IMG/VR virus record: IMGVR_UViG_3300037963_001896
Span: 1-60,251 of that record
Source of the DNA: a virus
Lineage: Duplodnaviria; Caudoviricetes
Strand: one strand, 5' to 3'
DNA: 60,251 nt
A program made the position numbers and the translations under genes. Of this stretch, positions 57,427 through 60,251 are shown in pieces (within the stretch, counting starts at the first letter, position 1; the number at the start of each line of letters is the position of its first letter). The notes beneath the pieces are model-generated. The model was not told the origin of the DNA and searched no databases. It worked only from the letters and a program-made list of their open reading frames with translations.

Positions 57427-57943
57427 CAGTACCTCCCTTACCACTCTTTGGTATTAAATATTGGTTATCAACTCCTGCTATTTTTAAAAGCTCGGAGTCT
57501 GGTAGCTTTTCAAGTTGTTCTATTGAATCAACATTGATATTAATCTGGGTTGCGTTTTCTGGAGTAAATAGACCGTGGAGCTTGCACAAAGAATCAACAA
57601 CATTCTTTTCTTCGGTTGACGTTACAGACTTACGGTGCGCTTCCAGGTACATGTTTGTCGCGGTGCTTTTATCAAACTTAATCTCTTCACGAAATTCTTT
57701 ACGAAGATGATCAAGTGCTTTTTGCACTACAGGCTTTTTAAAAATTTTGTACACATGTTCTGCATCTGCGTACCCGGCTGCACGACCTGCAGCAGCTTTT
57801 GTCATCCCTCGCAAATGGAACAGGAGTAGACGTTCTTCTTGTACAGACAGCTCGTTAAGTTTCACGTCCATGTACGGATAATGGGACTGAAGCTCAGCTC
57901 TGTCAGTATCGGAGAGTTCTATTTTCTCTAAGACTTTTGACAT
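57419..57943 (-). CDS. terS: Terminase small subunit
   Basis: HTH AAGRAAGY, LCKLHGL, QININV; first gene of the late arm. Confidence 0.75.
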   Translation of the reverse strand: MSKVLEKIELSDTDRAELQSHYPYMDVKLNELSVQEERLLLFHLRGMTKAAAGRAAGYADAEHVYKIFKKPVVQKALDHLRKEFREEIKFDKSTATNMYLEAHRKSVTSTEEKNVVDSLCKLHGLFTPENATQININVDSIEQLEKLPDSELLKIAGVDNQYLIPKSGKGGTDD

Positions 57944-57952
57944 AATTTTACC

Positions 57953-57958
57953 ATTATA
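57953..57958 (-). promoter_or_regulatory. -10 box just upstream of terS
   Basis: TATAAT 9 nt before the ATG with no RBS, so possibly a leaderless transcript. Confidence 0.45.
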
Positions 57959-58095
57959 GGGTCAATATACGCGATTTTGGAAATTTTTACCAAAAAAAGC
58001 AACTCAGAAAATTTTTTAGAAAAATATATGAGGCTATCGCTCACTCAGTGGCCCCCTCCCGGCTGTCTGCGACACCCCTTTCCCCTTTTTTCGAA

Positions 58096-58135
58096 TTGGA
58101 ACCTTGTTTCAGTAATTCGACCTTTGGAACCTTGT
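58096..58135 (+). repeat. 12-bp direct repeat TTGGAACCTTGT
   Basis: Copies at 58096 and 58124 in the divergent intergenic region. Confidence 0.7.
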
Positions 58136-58259
58136 CTGAAAACCACAAGCACCATACTACTATCATTATCCCAAGGCACACGACCTTCGGTCGTGGATAA
58201 AAGTCATTATGAAATCTATGAATGGTTCATGGATTATAACCAAGCCAAAGGAGGCAACA

Positions 58260-58487
58260 ATGAGTGATGTATATTCACTAAAGGTTAACCGAGGATACCA
58301 AGTTAAAGACTCGGACGATAATACTATCACCAAAAACAGGTGGGTTCAGATCGGCACTATGTCCAAGAATAAAAAGAATGGCCATACGATGCACCTCGAT
58401 CTATTACCATTAGTAGTCAACGGATCTGTCGAGAAGATACAAGTCTTCAAGATAGAGAAGAAGGAGGAGAACAACGATGCGATCTAA
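58260..58487 (+). CDS. Early hypothetical protein
   Basis: AAGGAGG RBS before ATG 58260; RWVQIG...LDLLP. Confidence 0.75.
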   Translation: MSDVYSLKVNRGYQVKDSDDNTITKNRWVQIGTMSKNKKNGHTMHLDLLPLVVNGSVEKIQVFKIEKKEENNDAI

Positions 58488-58797
58488 AGTAAAACAACAC
58501 TTAAGCAAAGCGTCTAACATGTCCTTCACCGACATCGTTAAAGGTACAACCAGGCTAACAGGTAACGCTGTTAGTCTTGGCTTCAAAGCTATCGGCGCAA
58601 CAGTCTATGTAGCAGACAAAGCAATCAACGCTGGTCTTCAAGTAGGCAAAGCCGCATACGATGAAACCAAGAAAGGTTACCATCAAACAGATGACTTACT
58701 ATCATCACCTAAACAAGAGCAACAACAACGCTCTTACCCAGTAGGCTCTGACGCCGTTAAACGTCACCCTCAACAGTTAGAACTCGATCTCGAGTAA
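58477..58797 (+). CDS. Early hypothetical protein
   Basis: GGAGGAG RBS; followed by a terminator. Confidence 0.75.
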   Translation: MRSKVKQHLSKASNMSFTDIVKGTTRLTGNAVSLGFKAIGATVYVADKAINAGLQVGKAAYDETKKGYHQTDDLLSSPKQEQQQRSYPVGSDAVKRHPQQLELDLE

Positions 58798-58808
58798 CTA
58801 ACATCTCC

Positions 58809-58842
58809 AAAGGTGGAGGGCTTCGGCTCTTCACCTTTTTTT
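58809..58842 (+). terminator. Intrinsic terminator
   Basis: aaaggtggaggg-c(ttcg)g-ctcttcacc-ttttttt. Confidence 0.88.
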
Positions 58843-59060
58843 ATACCATCGACTCTCCGCCCGCTTCGCGCCCGGAATCCACCCGAAAGCCAAATGTCAA
58901 ACTCACTCCGTTCGTTTGTCTTTTTATATCAGACAAGGCCCCGACAACCACGCTCGCTGCGCTCGCTACAAAAACGTGTGCCGTACTACTATCATCAGTA
59001 TGATGATGGACCGACAATGCAGCGCGTATTGGCCTTGGCCAGCCAACAACGTGTGCTGAC

Positions 59061-59396
59061 TGTACCGACTGTACCAGGTGTGTACCACCTGTACCACGAC
59101 CGACCGGTACAGCTGTAAGCGTTGTGCCAGCTGGGCTAGCCAATGATTAGCCTGCTTTGTACCGGCTGTACCAGTAGACTCTGGGAGATAACAGTAATCG
59201 ACCTTGGACCGTAGTTATAGATTTTAGGTTTAATATCCATAGTTCACGGTACATCTGGTACAGATACGCCTCTAAGCCTTACGCCGAGAGGCTTCTGGCC
59301 TGTACCACTACTTTTATCGTCCTGGTACAGTTATCCATAAAACCTTGTTATATCAATACGTTAGCCCTGTACCACTAGTTTACGACAAGCGGTACA
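59061..59396. repeat. TGTACC iteron array, candidate replication origin
   Basis: 8 TGTACC plus 5 inverted GGTACA in 336 bp of non-coding DNA. Confidence 0.7.
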
Positions 59397-59568
59397 GCTT
59401 ACCCTGTAGCACGAGCGTAGCTCGTGAGTATTGGTCTTTGTGTAATTATTGATTATTGGCTTTGTAGCAAGGCCACTAGACGTATCAATTGTTATCCAAG
59501 AGTGTTGACGCGAACAGTCAGTAATCATGATTACATTTATTAATTAATAAACGCCAAAGGAGGCAACT

Positions 59569-60251
59569 ATGTCAAATAATGACGATCTATTTGATCCAGC
59601 GGATCAAGAAACGGAAGAATTACTTCCACCTAACTTCACCGAAGAGTCAGCGTTCGTACCTGATACAAACGGTGATCCAGAAGGCTCGGAAGCACGCTCG
59701 GAGAAACCGGCGATTGCTCTACCAGACTTCTTCTTCAAGCGTTACAGACTTGATGACGAAGGTAAACCTACCTTCAACGAGTCAGTAGTTGGCAGCATCA
59801 TGTCCGTGTTCGACATGAAAGCTGATTCCAATATGACGTTCAAAGGCGACAACGCCGACGACGAGGAGAAATATTACGACAGTCAAGTTAATACGATCGT
59901 AGATGGTATTAGCCAGCTGTTGGAGGTTGACCCTCAATCGACTGGTATCAACTTCTTATCGTTGAGCACCAGGACATGGGCAGAGTTCGTTAGTATCGCA
60001 TACGAATACAACGACTCTTTGACCAGCATCAGTGCAAATGACGAGATACCTGATTGGCTCATCCAACGAGAAGAAAAGATGATGCAGCTAGGTAGAAAGG
60101 CTCGTATGTTGCGTGATGCAATTAGCGCTATAGACGACAAGTTCGGACTGAAAAGCACCTCACTAGACCGTGGTCGTGTACAGAACGAAGTTGAGCGAAG
60201 ACTGCAAAGGTTAGCTGAATGGAACTTCAATCAGCACGCCGACCAGTCAAG
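59569..60251 (+). CDS. Early acidic 249-aa protein spanning the junction (continues 1-167; missing from ORF track)
   Basis: AAGGAGG RBS; MSNNDDLFDPADQETEELLPPNF...; open frame through the overlap. Confidence 0.85.
   Translation, partial: MSNNDDLFDPADQETEELLPPNFTEESAFVPDTNGDPEGSEARSEKPAIALPDFFFKRYRLDDEGKPTFNESVVGSIMSVFDMKADSNMTFKGDNADDEEKYYDSQVNTIVDGISQLLEVDPQSTGINFLSLSTRTWAEFVSIAYEYNDSLTSISANDEIPDWLIQREEKMMQLGRKARMLRDAISAIDDKFGLKSTSLDRGRVQNEVERRLQRLAEWNFNQHADQS
60152..60251. repeat. Terminal direct repeat / circular assembly overlap, copy 2
   Basis: Matches 1-100 with one mismatch. Confidence 0.97.

Noticed and set aside
683-57829. Numerous short antisense or nested ORFs in the track (e.g. 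9607-10107, 29210-29638, 41433-41939, 52647-53061)
   Set aside because: They overlap well-supported genes and show no RBS or recognisable motifs
57977-58267. 96-aa ORF in the divergent region
   Set aside because: TTG start with no RBS, running across homopolymer tracts and repeats
58813-59143. ORFs 58813-59118 (+) and 58841-59143 (-)
   Set aside because: The + ORF starts inside a terminator, neither has an RBS, and the VP/GT repeats are just translated iterons
59061-59396. CRISPR-like array
   Set aside because: Repeats are 6 bp, in both orientations, with irregular spacing
59579-60230. ORFs 59579-59788 (+) and 59934-60230 (-)
   Set aside because: Shadows of the RBS-supported frame starting at 59569

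Overview
The window is an apparently complete, circularly permuted dsDNA bacteriophage genome of about 60.15 kb: bases 1-100 repeat at 60152-60251 with one mismatch, and one ORF reads through the junction. It looks like a marine podovirus-type phage. The + strand arm (about 58.2 kb through the junction to 15.7 kb) carries early and replication genes: a MoxR-like AAA ATPase with a metallopeptidase-vWA partner, family A DNA polymerase, a CsrA homologue, primase-helicase, PD-(D/E)XK nuclease, SNF2 helicase, a putative SSB and further nucleases. The - strand arm (57.9 to 15.7 kb) carries TerS, TerL, a P22-like portal, scaffold, major capsid protein, adaptors, internal virion proteins, several tail fibres, lysis genes and a curli-secretion/FecR/CHASE2-adenylate cyclase cassette. 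I found no integrase, tRNA or CRISPR array. The most notable non-coding signals are five back-to-back H-type pseudoknots in the major capsid leader, a TGTACC iteron array (candidate origin) flanked by ssDNA-type sheared-GA hairpins, a parS-like palindrome, and two structured intergenic RNAs. All assignments come from motif recognition by eye; no database searches were run.
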